The translations under genes and the position numbers were made by a program. From Veleropilina oligotropha (taxonomy: Eukaryota), in NCBI GenBank assembly GCA_048128005.1, contig JBEUKZ010000058.1:310001-374000 (forward strand): DNA of 64,000 bases, in the 5' to 3' direction. The notes under the pieces were generated by a model. That model was not told the origin of the DNA. It was given only the letters and a program-made list of their open reading frames with translations, and did not search any database. This document shows, in pieces, positions 1 through 12,599 of the stretch. How positions within the stretch are numbered: the stretch's first letter is position 1; the number at the start of each line of letters is the position of its first letter.

Positions 1-647
1 GACAACAAAATTACTAAAATGTAACTGTTATGTTATGATATATGCATATTTATACAATATAAGCATTTACTGTACCATATTTTTAATAAATATTTTGAGT
101 GAAAATCGTTTCCGCCGACGTTTCGGACATCTGCGCATCATAACATGTGCTTGGGTGATATGAGTTGGGTATTTAAGGCATGCCAACCTGGATTCATGTG
201 TCAAAGGAGTAATGTATGTCAGCATCTAGTGAGTAGACATCGGACACTCAACTATATAGGATTGCTTGCTATAGGCAGATATCTATCTACCTCTTAAAAA
301 AGGCATGCAGCTTATAATATTTATACCAGTCTACTCGAAAGATACCATAAACTGTGGTCCAGACTACCATACGACTAAAATATACTGGTTTATTAGTAAT
401 TTTAATAATATCATTATAATCCTGTGTTTTCATGATCTGTGAAGGTTACAAATACCTTGAAATTAATCAATAACATTGTGATACATGTATATCCCCTTTA
501 TACTCATTTCATACAATATACAATTTATAATAATGATCCATCAAGATGCACGCAATAGACAATTCAACATAATTTATCATAAACGGTGCATGGTACATAT
601 GACTCGTACACATATTTCATGTATTTAAATAACAGAGTTCCATTTTG

Positions 648-767
648 CTAAAATTTTAAGTTCCCGATGGAAGGTAGATCCGGCAGCTTCATGTCCTTGA
701 TTTTCTGCGGGAGGTTCATCTCCTTGACTGCGGACATGGCTCGGGCGGGTGCCGCGGTGATACCGGC
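648..767 (-). CDS. AP3S1: AP3S coding exon 6 (terminal)
   Basis: Acceptor TTTCAG; AGITAAPARAMSAVKEMNLP...; TAG at 650-648. A candidate AATAAA lies at 394-389 on the minus strand. Confidence 0.9.
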   Translation of the reverse strand, partial: AGITAAPARAMSAVKEMNLPQKIKDMKLPDLPSIGNLKF

Positions 768-3700
768 CTGAAATGAAGGAGTTTATTACGGATCTCTCAC
801 GCATCCCTTAAAATGATCATTGTCATACCATCGTGGAAGGAAGGAGTTTACTTGGGGATATCACACGAATCCCTTATAGTGCTGATTGTACTACGCCTGG
901 AAGGAGGGATTTCATTTATAGGGATCTCTCACGCATCCCTTATACTGCTGAATGCACTACCAGCCTGGAAGGAGGGATTTCATTAATAGGGATCTCTCAC
1001 GCATCCCTTATACTGCTGATGGCACTACCAGCCTGGAAGGACGGATTTCATTAATAGGGATCTCTCACGCATCCCTTATGCTGCTGAATGCACTGCCAGC
1101 CTGGAAGAAGGGATTTCATTTATAGGGATCTCTCACGCATCCCTTATAATGCTGATGGCACTACCAGCCTGGAAGGAGGGATTTCATTTATAGGGATCTC
1201 TCACGCATCCCTTATACTGCTGATGGCACTACCAGCCTGGAGGAAGGAATTTGTTTACGGATATCACACTTATTGCATATATTGCTGTTTGAGACATATA
1301 TATTATGACATTGTTAGGCATGAGATGGAAGCAGAATACTTCGCAAATAAATGTTTGCTGCTATTAGGTTCCCATAGATTTGCATAATAACATAGCTGCT
1401 TGTATCATACAATTTCATAACTATGGCCTTGTACCTCAGCTTTCTCTAATTTGCTTTGTTCGTCAATTCGAGTGAGTATCTCGGTCATATTTGTTTCCAG
1501 CACCATTCCTCCCATCACGAGTTCAGCTAATATGTAATGCACCTGAAGGGACAGACATAAAATAAAGATATCGACAAAAATTCTGGGCCCACTACAGTCG
1601 ATTCCACTTAATAACATAGGTACGTTGTCAGACAAAATTATGCTAATAACCGAACTATGTTATTATCCGAATGGCATAATTCGAGAAAAAATATCGGGAA
1701 AGGGAGATAATCAATTGCTGTTATATCCGTTCAATTATATGCCTTGAGGTGTTCAAGTCTTTGTAATATTAAGTTAATTGATACTTATAATAATAATCAG
1801 TCTTATTTCAACAACTGTTGCAGACTTTAATGTTTATTCATTCAGAAAGGACTAGGTCTTGATGTACACGTACCTTGATTATCATCAACTTGTAGCCTAA
1901 TCCGAAACAAGATGGAAGACGCGAATGATTGACAGTTCTGATGCAACATGTATAGTTTTGTAACAAAGTCATATGCATACTTGTTGTCAGTGTAATGTTT
2001 GGAGAAAATAAATATATGTACAAGCATCAATATATATTGCTCTTGTAGTTCGTTATTTGATAGGAAATGTGATTAATTCAAATGAAAACCACGCCAAATA
2101 AGTGAATTCTCCCTTACGAGAACTTATCCGCGAGAGAAAGATCATTACGTTTATGTTTACTAGCCATATTGTTTGTGGAATGGCCGAATGCTACAAGCCC
2201 TGCACATATATAGGTTCCGTTAACACTCTAATTAATCGCATTATGGATTGTCGGCTGTTTACAAAGTGAACGATACGTCTGTTGCAAGTAAGCTTTGAAC
2301 TGTTGTCAATTTCCACAGGTCGTATTCATGACGCAAAGACGTTAATCCGCTTACGGTCACACATTCATCTACTCACTTACTAAATGTGTTTTTTTTAATA
2401 AACAAATGTAATCTTACTTCACTAAACAATAAAACCACAGAAATAATCCCACGTCAATGTAAGATTAGAAATGTACGCAACAGAGTTGACTCTGTAGGCC
2501 TACTTGTGCCGCCGTCAATGAAGGATCCCGACTTGACCTGGTTTCTCATTGGCGGTAAACAATCAAAGTGCGACCATGCGTTTTCGCTATTGTCGCTGGA
2601 GTGACATTGCATGGTGTTATGCAATAGCTTAACGAAATAGCTTTTATTGATAATAATATAACGAGGTTTGTGCTAAATAAATATTTAATAGGATAGTACA
2701 TTTGCAGCAACATTTATTTCCTATATAACACATAATAAATACATGCACGACGCTGTTATGCTGATCGCTGTTATGCGTCTGAGCTATGCATTTTACGTCT
2801 AGATATGACCAAATACGGTATTTTATAGTAACTTTCCTGGAAAAAAAATATGCTATTAGCCGAAATTACCTATTTTAGGGTATGTTATTAACAGGAATAT
2901 TTAACACATGAATAATAGTAAATGATTCGGTGTTTGACAAATCTATGCTAATAAACGAAATATCTTATTAACAGGTATGTTATTAAGTGGAATCGACTGT
3001 ATTACGAAGCAATTGTATCTTGCAATATATAGTGAATGTTTATTCTGCAATGGTTGATCATAACACGTCATTGTAAAATGGTTAATTACAATCCACTGAA
3101 ATTTACAATTGCTTCATAACATTGGGCCTTGATCATTAAACTTCTCAATAAACTTATGTTGGAAATGAATTAAAAAAGTGAGTGATTGATTATCAGATGA
3201 AGAGGTGATGAACTGATCATTTATTAACTGCTAATACAATTTTATGAAAATGTTGACTTTGAACGTTATCTGTGGTGGTGATTTGATACCGATTTTTATC
3301 CTTTATGCTTTGAGATTTTCAAAACAAAAAACGTCCTATCAAACAAGACGAAATTTTTTTAAATGCCTTTCAACAAGACTAAGACATATAATTAATGTCT
3401 TGTCTATTTCAAAAGCTGAGGAATAATATAATGCATTATTAATTTATATGTCGATAATATGAGTCGTATGCGAAAAACTATACGCTACGCTGTGCCCAAT
3501 TGACTAACCCAATCGTAGTTATCATATCGGGAGCTCATGCTCATTTGGACCTCCAGAAGGATGTATGTTACTTACCCTATCTACGTGAAATATGAGATCC
3601 AGTTCGCAGACATTTTCAAAGCATTTATCTAGTGTTTCAACAAACACCTGAAAGATAAATAAAAAAGTATTTTCAAAAAGTAAAATAGACATATATTCAA

Positions 3701-6700
3701 ACAGTGTATATGTAATCAACAACCATATATGCAGTGTGTATAACAACCATATATGCAGTATGTATAACAACCATACATGCAGTATGTATAACAACCATAT
3801 ATGCAGTATGTATAGCAATCATATATATGCAGTATGTATAACAACCATATATGCAGTATGTATAACAACCATCAGAGTACACAACCAACATATGCATGAA
3901 ACCAATTATCTCTATATCGCTGCAACAGAACGCAGCAGACACTACCTTTTGACATAGAATAAAAGTTGAGAAACTAAACATGCACCTAGAAATAAAAATC
4001 AATACGGAGTATAATTTTGAACCACACACTGAAAACAAAATAAAATGTAAATCTACAAAATTTAAATGGAGGATGTTTAACTGTAACAATTATTGGCACA
4101 CCCGGGAATCGATCTCGGATAACTAGCGTCGTGGTCCAGCATCATGGCCACTACGCTACACACCATCCTCTATTATCGTTTTTTGAGTAAACATCATAGT
4201 CAACCTACATATCTTGTGATATCATAAAGACAAATCTACAAATCTGGAAAAATAATAATATTAAAATATAAATATGATATTAGACAAATGATGCATCCAT
4301 GTCAGGTGGCTCCCTCTTGGCACAACAAAGAAAAAGGTTAAGACATACTCTGGTCAGGTTACGACGTACTCTGGTCATGTCGTTCTTGATCTTGTTATTA
4401 CATTCATGTTGTCTATGTTTGTGTTTACATATTTAAGGAATTTCTACTGATAACAAACAAAAGCTGTTCTAATCTTGCCTGAATTAAATCAAGTATTCCT
4501 AATTCACTTTCTGAAGAATCGACGCAGAATACAAAGTACAGCGTGGCGTAATGTCGGTAGATCAGCTTGTAATCTGAACCGCCGATGAGTCTGAAACATA
4601 TTGACATGACATGGTGAATCAGAAAGAGGCTGCAACGTATTGACATGACATGGTGAATCAGATAGAGGATGAAACATAGTTATTATTAATTTGACATGAC
4701 ATGCCGATGGTGAATCAGATAGAGGATGAAACGTATTGACATGACATGGTGAATCAGAAAGTGGCTGCAACATATTGACATGACATGGTGAATCAGATAG
4801 AGGGTGAAACGTATTGACATGACACAGTGAATCAGAAAGAGGCTGAACATGGTATGGATAAGCAGAAAGAGGAAATGTTTGTCTTGGCACTAGGACATGT
4901 ATGGATGGCACTGTGTAGGAAAATAAAATGACAATGACAACAATTTTCAGATAAAATCACTCGACTGTGAATGTGTGTAATGATACTCTCTACTAGTACT
5001 ACTTAGCTCAATGGTTTCAGTATCACTGTATGATTTTTATTCCAATGCAAATCATATGTTGCAACTACGAAACAGACATTGGCAAATGGTAGAGCTGTTT
5101 CAAAACTAAACATCGATTATTTGACTACATTTACTCATAAATTTTGCTAATCATAATGCTATAATATTGGAAACGATGAAGTTTAATTATACATTATTTG
5201 ACTCACTCAGGTGGTATGGTGTTGGCACTTCTGAGAAAAAACTTACGTTCCACCTTCTAAGAAATTGCACACGTTTTCGTCCCGCCTGGATATGAGGTGA
5301 AATGTCTCACGGATTATCTGCTGCTGAATGTCTTCTGGCTGCAAGTAGGGGGAGATAATAAGACATGCATGAGGACAATAATTGAATAATATGTTTAGAT
5401 ATACAGTCGATTCCGCTTAATAACATAGGTACGTTGTCAGACAAAATTATGCTATTAACCGAACTATGTTATTATCCGAATGGCATAATTCGAGAAAAAA
5501 TATCGGGAAAGGGAGATAATCAATTGCTGTTATATCCGGTCAATTATATATGCCTTGAGGTGTTCCAAGTCTTTGTAATATTAAGTTAATTGATACTTAT
5601 AATAATAATCAGTCTTATTTCAGGCAACTGTTTCAGACTTTAATGTTTATTCATTCAGAAAGGACTAGGTCTTGATGTACACGTACCTTGATTATCATCA
5701 ACTTGTAGCCTAATCCGAAACAAGATGGAAGACGCGAATGATTGACAGTTCTGATGCAACATGTATAGTTTTGTAACAAAGTCATATGCATACTTGTTGT
5801 CAGTGTAATGTTTGGAGAAAATAAATATATGTACAAGCATCAATATATATTGCTCTTGTAGTTCGTTATTTGATAGGAAATGTGATTAATTCAAATGAAA
5901 ACCACGCCAAATAAGTGAATTCTCCCTTATGAGAACTTATCCGCGAGAGAAAGATCATTACGTTTATGTTTACTAGCTATATTGTTTGTGGAATGGCCGA
6001 ATGCTACAAGCCCTGCACATATATAGGTTCCGTTTAAAACTCTAATTAATCGCATTATGGATTGTCGGCGGTTTACAAAGTGAACGATACGTCTGTTGCA
6101 AGTAAGCTTTGAACTGTTGTCAATTTTCACAGGTCGTATCCATGACGCAAAGACGTTAATCCGCTTACGGTCACACATTCATCTACTCACTTACTAAATG
6201 TGTTTTTTTTAATAAACAAATGTAATCTTACTTCACTAAACAATAAAACCACAGAAATAATCCCACATCAATGTAAGATTAGAAATGTACGCAGCAGAGT
6301 TGACTCTGTAGGCCTACTTGTGCCGCCGTCAATGAAGGATCCCGACTTGACCTGGTTTCTCATTGGCGGTAAACAATCAAAGTGCGACCATGCGTTTTCG
6401 CTATTGTCGCTGGAGTGACATTGCATGGTGTAGTTAATATTATATTATCGGAATAAAACATGATGCTATATGGCGAAGACGGAACCATATGGGGGTGGGT
6501 GTTGTTGGAATATCATCATATATGTACATTGTTCCCGACTCTCTAAACATGCACTGTCAACATCATGCTTGCAGTATCACAAGATTAAATAATAAAAAAT
6601 TTCCTTCATCGCGAGATATTATACCCCAAAAATTGGCAGTGACGTGCTCTCTGATTGTGAAATGCAAATAAAATGCAACTTATGCTAATAATGCATGCAA

Positions 6701-7019
6701 ATGTGTAATTTCATTACGTGTTAATACAAACTAGTTATAGAGCATGGAAAAATCGGATAAGTTAGATCTATACGAGTTAAAATAACCAGCGGGACATCTA
6801 CAGAATGGTATCGCCTAAAGTGGTATAACAGATAATCCTGACGTGGACACGGGAACCCAAGACTGGGTTAGAGGTTGCACATTTATCTCCCCTGCAGACG
6901 AAAACGATCGTGGATTTGCCTTCATGAACGGGAGACTATCTGTGACTTACATAATGTTGGTAAAACCTCGACATTCGTGGCTTCCCATGATTGTTAAATA
7001 CTAGTATCGCTTTGATCAT
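648..7019 (-). CDS. AP3S1: AP-3 complex subunit sigma, 6 coding exons: complement(join(648..767,1435..1542,3576..3647,4479..4590,5247..5338,6951..7019)), 190 aa
   Basis: The spliced translation MIKAILVFNNHGKPRMSRFYQHY-PEDIQQQIIRETFHLISRRDENVCNFLEGG-TLIGGSDYKLIYRHYATLYFVFCVDSSESELGILDLIQ-VFVETLDKCFENVCELDLIFHVDR-VHYILAELVMGGMVLETNMTEILTRIDEQSKLEKAE-AGITAAPARAMSAVKEMNLPQKIKDMKLPDLPSIGNLKF* is a recognisable sigma-3 adaptin. Exons of 69/92/112/72/108/120 nt stay in frame (573 nt). An invertebrate gene would be co-orthologous to AP3S1 and AP3S2. Confidence 0.96.
770..1260. repeat. ~68-bp minisatellite in AP3S intron 5, abutting the exon 6 acceptor
   Basis: The unit cagcctggaaggagggatttcatttatagggatctctcacgcatcccttatactgctgatggcactac recurs at about 961, 1029, 1097, 1165 and 1233, with degenerate copies back to about 770. 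Confidence 0.9.
1435..1542 (-). CDS. AP3S1: AP3S coding exon 5
   Basis: Acceptor CTTCAG; VHYILAELVMGGMVLETNMTEILTRIDEQSKLEKAE; donor GAG|GTACAA. Confidence 0.93.
1595..2999. mobile_element. Non-autonomous Tc1/mariner-pogo-like DNA transposon, complete, 1405 bp
   Basis: Terminal inverted repeats (TIRs) CAGTCGATTCCACTTAATAACATA at both ends; TA on both sides (1593-1594 and 3000-3001); no transposase ORF. Confidence 0.9.
3576..3647 (-). CDS. AP3S1: AP3S coding exon 4
   Basis: Acceptor TTTCAG; VFVETLDKCFENVCELDLIFHVDR; donor GTAAGT. Confidence 0.95.
3705..3870. repeat. 24-bp minisatellite (tataacaaccatatatgcagtatg)n
   Basis: About 7 tandem copies, near the AP3S exon 4 acceptor. Confidence 0.85.
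4093..4167 (-). mobile_element. tRNA-derived SINE head (degenerate)
   Basis: The minus strand has box A-like TAGCGTAGTGG and box B-like GATCGATTCCC, ending GGGTGTGCCA. Confidence 0.5.
4479..4590 (-). CDS. AP3S1: AP3S coding exon 3 (followed by a GC donor)
   Basis: Acceptor TTTCAG; LIGGSDYKLIYRHYATLYFVFCVDSSESELGILDLIQ; ends CAG|GCAAGA. Confidence 0.93.
4591..4850. repeat. 39-bp minisatellite abutting the AP3S exon 3 acceptor
   Basis: Unit ttgacatgacatggtgaatcagaaagaggctgcaacgta, about 6 copies. Confidence 0.88.
5247..5338 (-). CDS. AP3S1: AP3S coding exon 2
   Basis: Acceptor TTGCAG; PEDIQQQIIRETFHLISRRDENVCNFLEGG; donor GTAAGT; 92 nt. Confidence 0.95.
5404..6431. mobile_element. Second, truncated copy of the 1595..2999 element
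   Basis: Starts TA|CAGTCGATTCCGCTTAATAACATAGG and is near-identical to 1595..~2617 (identical spurious ORFs); the right TIR is missing. Confidence 0.9.
6951..7019 (-). CDS. AP3S1: AP3S coding exon 1
   Basis: ATG at 7019-7017; MIKAILVFNNHGKPRMSRFYQHY; followed by donor GTAAGT. Confidence 0.95.
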
Positions 7020-7352
7020 CTTGCGGTATAAAACATGAAGACACGCCCTATAAAGAACACAACACCTTAAAATATGTTTATAACGTGACAAAATGGCGTC
7101 CAATTATCATGACGTTGGCATGCAGCACCTGTTCGAAAACTAATAAATATGCGCGAACTATATGCAGGCTCTACCAAAGGTACACCCAGTTTTCGAAGTC
7201 CGGGTGTATTCTTGAACTAAACCAGAATTTTGCCTCCGAAAGCTGCATATGTTTCGGGTATTTATTCAAACTATGTGGTTCTTCACTATATATTCTGATT
7301 TAAAAGCAATAAAATTGGTGAATTATCAATACGATTACCGATAATTAAGTAG

Positions 7353-8058
7353 ACTAGCAATGGTACCCGTCTTCGCCGGGTAAGTCCCCCCACCCCCAAT
7401 TTTTTTTTTTTTTTTTTTGGATAGTGCTCCCTTAAATAATTTTTTTTTTTCCCGAATTTTCCGAATTTTTTTCGTGGTAAACCTTCCTTGGGGGACCCCG
7501 ATTAACCCCCCAAAGTTTGAAGGTCCTAGGTCAAAGCGTCTGGGAGGAGTTCAACTTGAAACAGACAGACACACACACATACAATTATAGCTCCATCTTA
7601 ATATAATGGAGCTATAATTGTATGTGTGTCTGTCTGTCTGTCTGTCTGTTTCAAGTTGAACTCCTCCCAGACGCTTTGACCTAGGACCTTCAAACTTTGG
7701 GGGGTTAATCGGGGTCCCCCAAGGAAGGTTTACCACGAAAAAAATTCGGAAAATTCGGGAAAAAAAAAAAATATTTAAGGGAGCACTATCCAAAAAAAAA
7801 AAAAAAAAAAAAATTGGGGTGGGGGGACTTGCCCGGCGAAGACGGGTACCATAGCTAGTTTATATTAAAAATGATAGTGATAATTTTTTTTTTTCCCGAA
7901 TTTTCCGAATTTTTTTCGTGGTAAACCTTCCTTGGGGGACCCCGATTAACCCCCCAAAGTTTGAAGGTCCTAGGTCAAAGCGTCTGGGAGGAGTTCAACT
8001 TGAAACAGACAGACACGCCCGCCCGCACACATACAATTATAGCTCCATTATATTAAGA
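7353..8058. mobile_element. Cluster of three short non-autonomous Helitron copies: 7354..7595 (-), 7596..7858 (+, complete), ~7880..8058 (-, truncated)
   Basis: The plus copy starts A|TC and ends CTAG|T. It has a subterminal hairpin CCCGGCGAAGACGGG, an internal (GTCT)n tract and no TSD. Confidence 0.8.
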
Positions 8059-8225
8059 TGATACGATGCGTAGAGGCCTACACCCAATTTCTACAGATGG
8101 GGGTAAATTTACGCCCTGATGTGAAAATCCGGGCATATTCCGTATTTTTGCGGGCGTAAATTTATATGCCCGTACGTACGTACTTTATCTAGACCTATGA
8201 TATATTATCAAAAATATTTAAATAC

Positions 8226-8353
<128 letters not shown>

Positions 8354-8629
8354 TATATACTATATAAATAAACGCACTCTCATTGGCCGAATCCTATACA
8401 CGTGACTAGTCCATAAATATCATATTGACCATTTTTTGGTCAATATGAAAGAAATTGGTGAATATCAACTTTCCAAATATGGTTTGCGGAACGCCCCTTT
8501 ATATGTCGATTTCCATTGAATTGCATGTGCGACTCGAGATGATGTCAGTTGCAGACGACCACAATTGTTGACACAGTTGAAACGACGGTTCGTTTTCTTC
8601 ATTTTCTGATGATTAAACACATTGACATA

Positions 8630-9045
8630 CATAGAGGATATCGAACGAGTGTCCATTTCATATGAGAATTATGAAGCAAGTCAGGCACAATTTATGTACC
8701 GAGCCTTGGCGAGGTACATAAATTTGCTGACGAGTTTAATAATTCTCATATGAAATGGAAACAAGTTTTATATCTTCTTTATCACATGACTTTATTTAAC
8801 TTTAAACTTAGTTTATTACGTTTTTAAACTCATTTCTTTACGTTTTAAAACTCATTTCTGTCATTAAACGGCCTGCCTCAGACGCATCAAGCCTCGACAG
8901 CACGTGCCACCTAATCAACTTGGCGCCAGATGCAACGACATGGCGTCATGCTCGCCCTCATTTGCATACTTATTCCACTTGTCTTTTCGTATCGAAATTT
9001 ATGGAACGGCTTCTACCGTTCCATAACAGCTTTATCATGTGATGA
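8630..9045. mobile_element. Interspersed hairpin-bearing non-autonomous element; related copies at ~29100..29272 (-), ~43297..43806 and a relative at ~47965..48172
   Basis: Shared sequence ATAGAGGAT...CCATTTCATATGAGAATTATGAA...ATTTATGTACCGAGCCTTGGCGAGGTACATAAATT...TTCTCATATGAAATGG...TTTATCACATGA forms a long stem-loop. The superfamily (possibly Crypton-like) is inferred only. Confidence 0.7.
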
Positions 9046-9322
9046 TGCGATACATTGTTTATTTTTATATTAATATGCAGTTCATTATTATTTTTTTGTT
9101 TAATAATTGCTAATTGTTTTGGAAAGTCGCATTTTGAACTTTGAAAACTAGAGTTTAGTGTGGTATATTTCTTGTTGACATAATGGAACTTTTAATTAAC
9201 AATTAGATTTAGAGAACAGATATGTTTGCGGTTGAAGTATATAATAAAACAGTTATGGACTTTTGTGGTGGTGAATATGATGTGATACGAACCTAAAAAA
9301 ACTTATATTGATCGAGGCGATG

Positions 9323-9465
<143 letters not shown>

Positions 9466-9552
9466 GTTCAGTAGCCGTGTTAGTCGTTTTCAAAATAATG
9501 TTGATAACAATGACTTGTAGCACTTTAAGACTAACTTTATATATTAAAAGGA

Positions 9553-9590
9553 GCTAAAGCTTTCGTAAACAATGTTACTTCTTCAGTAGC
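9553..9590 (-). ncRNA. Minimal type I hammerhead motif, mirror copy
   Basis: Exact reverse complement of 9746..9783. Confidence 0.7.
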
Positions 9591-9745
9591 GAGAGCAATG
9601 TGGATAACAATCAAAAGTCAATGCCATAGCAATGCAACGTACTCACTGTGACGTCATATGTATATTAACGTCATACATATGACGTCACAGTGAGTACGTT
9701 GCATTGCTATGGCATTGACTTTTGATTGTTATCCACATTGCTCTC

Positions 9746-9783
9746 GCTACTGAAGAAGTAACATTGTTTACGAAAGCTTTAGC
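9746..9783 (+). ncRNA. Minimal type I hammerhead ribozyme motif (Penelope-associated)
   Basis: GCTA-CTGAAGA-AGTAAC ATT GTTTAC-GAAAGCTT-TAGC. Stem I is GCTA/TAGC, the CUGANGA and GAAA cores are present, stem II is a hairpin, and stem III is the palindrome AAGCTT. Confidence 0.7.
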
Positions 9784-9836
9784 TCCTTTTAATATATAAA
9801 GTTAGTCTTAAAGTGCTACAAGTCATTGTTATCAAC

Positions 9837-10133
<297 letters not shown>

Positions 10134-10776
10134 ACAGTGAAACTTGAACGTAGACCTTATGTCGTTCATAATTCGGCATAACTTCGTTCTACATCAAGGA
10201 TTTTACAGAAGCTGGAGAAGTATCGGCACCGGTGATTTTTTGTAGGTTATTCATAAAATATTTCAAGAAATGTCATGCTTTCATCTTGATTTTATTTAAT
10301 ATTTTATAATATTCTTACTTGATCTTGTTCGTTTCATGTTAGACTTGTTACATCATCATTCTATTAATCTGCTTCTCCCTTGTTATTTTTATGTTTTGTG
10401 CGCTATATCTTCTGGTTCCGTCATGTTTATGATCCGAAACTATCGATGACGAATAGTTTACTCCATCCACCACATGTTTTGATATATCCTATGTTTTATT
10501 GCAGTTTTTGTTACCTTTTTAGATACAGAGACGAAATCTTTCGGTGACATTCTGTCAATTTTGAGGAAATATTTATAAGCAAAATAACCACCATCTGCTA
10601 ATTGTGTTTTTCTGTAAAATAATTAAATCATCAAACATATTTTATCACCTTTTCGCCATATTTGATTGACATAAATTTACGAAACGCAAAATGGCCGCAG
10701 TTAGAAAAACAACTTTTTGCATTATACATTGAATTTATGTAAAGGAGCGGTCAATCTGGGATGTAGGCTACTTTAA

Positions 10777-11854
10777 AGAGGCTACTGCCCGTAAATGCGG
10801 TTTTTTTCGTGACCTTGTAGTATGACTGATCACCCTCTATCGCACGGTTCGCGCAGATTTATACAAATTTCTCGAAGATATGATCGATATATGATCAAAT
10901 GATATTGAAATTATTATTGTAACTGGGAAATATATCTATATATGTTATTGTCAAGTAGAAAGCTATCTTACTTGACGAGCAGAAACCTACCGTATAATCG
11001 CGCTTATAAGGGCATATGCCCTTATAAGTGCGTATGCTCTTATATTCGAATATGCCCTTAAAAGTGAGAACGTTTAAACTTTAAAACTAGTGAAACGCAA
11101 TATTCCGCTTATAAGAGCAACATGTCCAACCAACTTCCCATTTAGCAAAATTAATATACACCCACAGAGTTGTTGTGAGATTATATTTCATCCTTGCGTA
11201 ATGTCAAATACGTTAATTTGTCCGGAACAATTCTGTAAACTTGAACGCCTATCACCGAACTATGGAAAATAGCAACACTAAATCCCGACACAATGATTCT
11301 ATCGAAGTTATCGTTCGACGTCAACATGCAGGCGCAGACAACGTGGAAGAAAATTTGTTATTATCAATATTAATATTATTTAGTACTGTTAATATTATCA
11401 TTATTATGATTTATTGCCATAATAAACAAATATAAAGTAAAACAAGAATATCATTGCATAATATTGTTATAACAAGTGCTATAAAATATTGCATGCCCGT
11501 ATAAGTGAATTATTGCCATGCCTTTATATTCGAATATAAGAGCATGCCCTTATAAACGGGAGCGTTTAAATTTTTAAGGCTATCAAAAAATGCAAAAATT
11601 CACATATAAGGGCATGTCCTTATAAGTGCGAGTATACGGTACGCTACTCCAACTATAGGTCAATTGTAAATGCACTCGGTGCAGGCGAGGTAATTATTTT
11701 TAATTAATCAGTAGCGATTAATTTAAACGGTAGCAAATTACTGACGAAAGTTGAGTGTTGAAAATTCCGAACTTTTTACGTTATAAACAAAAAGTGTAAT
11801 GCGGTTAGTTTTCATTTTAAAAAAGAAAGAGCGCATTTACGGGTAATATTCTCA
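10777..11854. mobile_element. TTAA-flanked Kolobok-like MITE (family of 53876..54314), interrupted by a nested element
   Basis: TTAA|AGAGGCTACTGCCCGTAAATGCG ... CGCATTTACGGGTAATATTCTC; the body matches the copies at 18655, 53876 and 54912. Confidence 0.8.
10990..11639. mobile_element. pogo/Tc2-like MITE nested in the Kolobok-like MITE
   Basis: TA|CCGTATAATCGCGCTTATAAG ... CTTATAAGTGCGAGTATACGG|TA; the host sequence resumes after the duplicated TA. Confidence 0.85.
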
Positions 11855-12189
11855 TAATTTAATGAAAATCATCACGTATATCTATACCATCTACTAACAA
11901 AATAGGATTAGTTCCACTGAAAGGTTATCGTTCGATCCGCAGACAATATTAGACCTATTGGTGATAACAGTTTCTAAAGAATCCCTTGTCATCTTGGAGG
12001 AATGTCACATCATTTGGCGCATCAATAGGTGTGCGCGATCGACGTCATGGCGTCACGTGGTTACGGTTTGAGATGGTGATGAACAGAAACGGAAGTAGTT
12101 ATAATAATAATACACTTTATTTATAAATCTCGATAAAACAGATAGGTCACAGACCTCTTTTCATCAGCGTCGAGATATAAAACAACAAT

Positions 12190-12516
<327 letters not shown>

Positions 12517-12599
12517 AGATTAAATATAAAGAATAAAAAGGACGATAAAAACACTATACTATAATTTACAGATAAAAGATAAATGAAATAAAAGAACAA

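Noticed and set aside
1838..6418. Duplicated small ORFs (61, 62 and 72 aa) suggesting a duplicated gene
   Set aside because: They lie inside two copies of a non-coding MITE and show no transposase motifs.
12120..12180. Possible hammerhead on the minus strand (CTGATGA plus hairpin AGGTC-TGT-GACCT, flanked by TCTCGA/TCGAGA) next to (TA)n
   Set aside because: There is no GAAA core after stem II; at best it is a decayed Penelope end.
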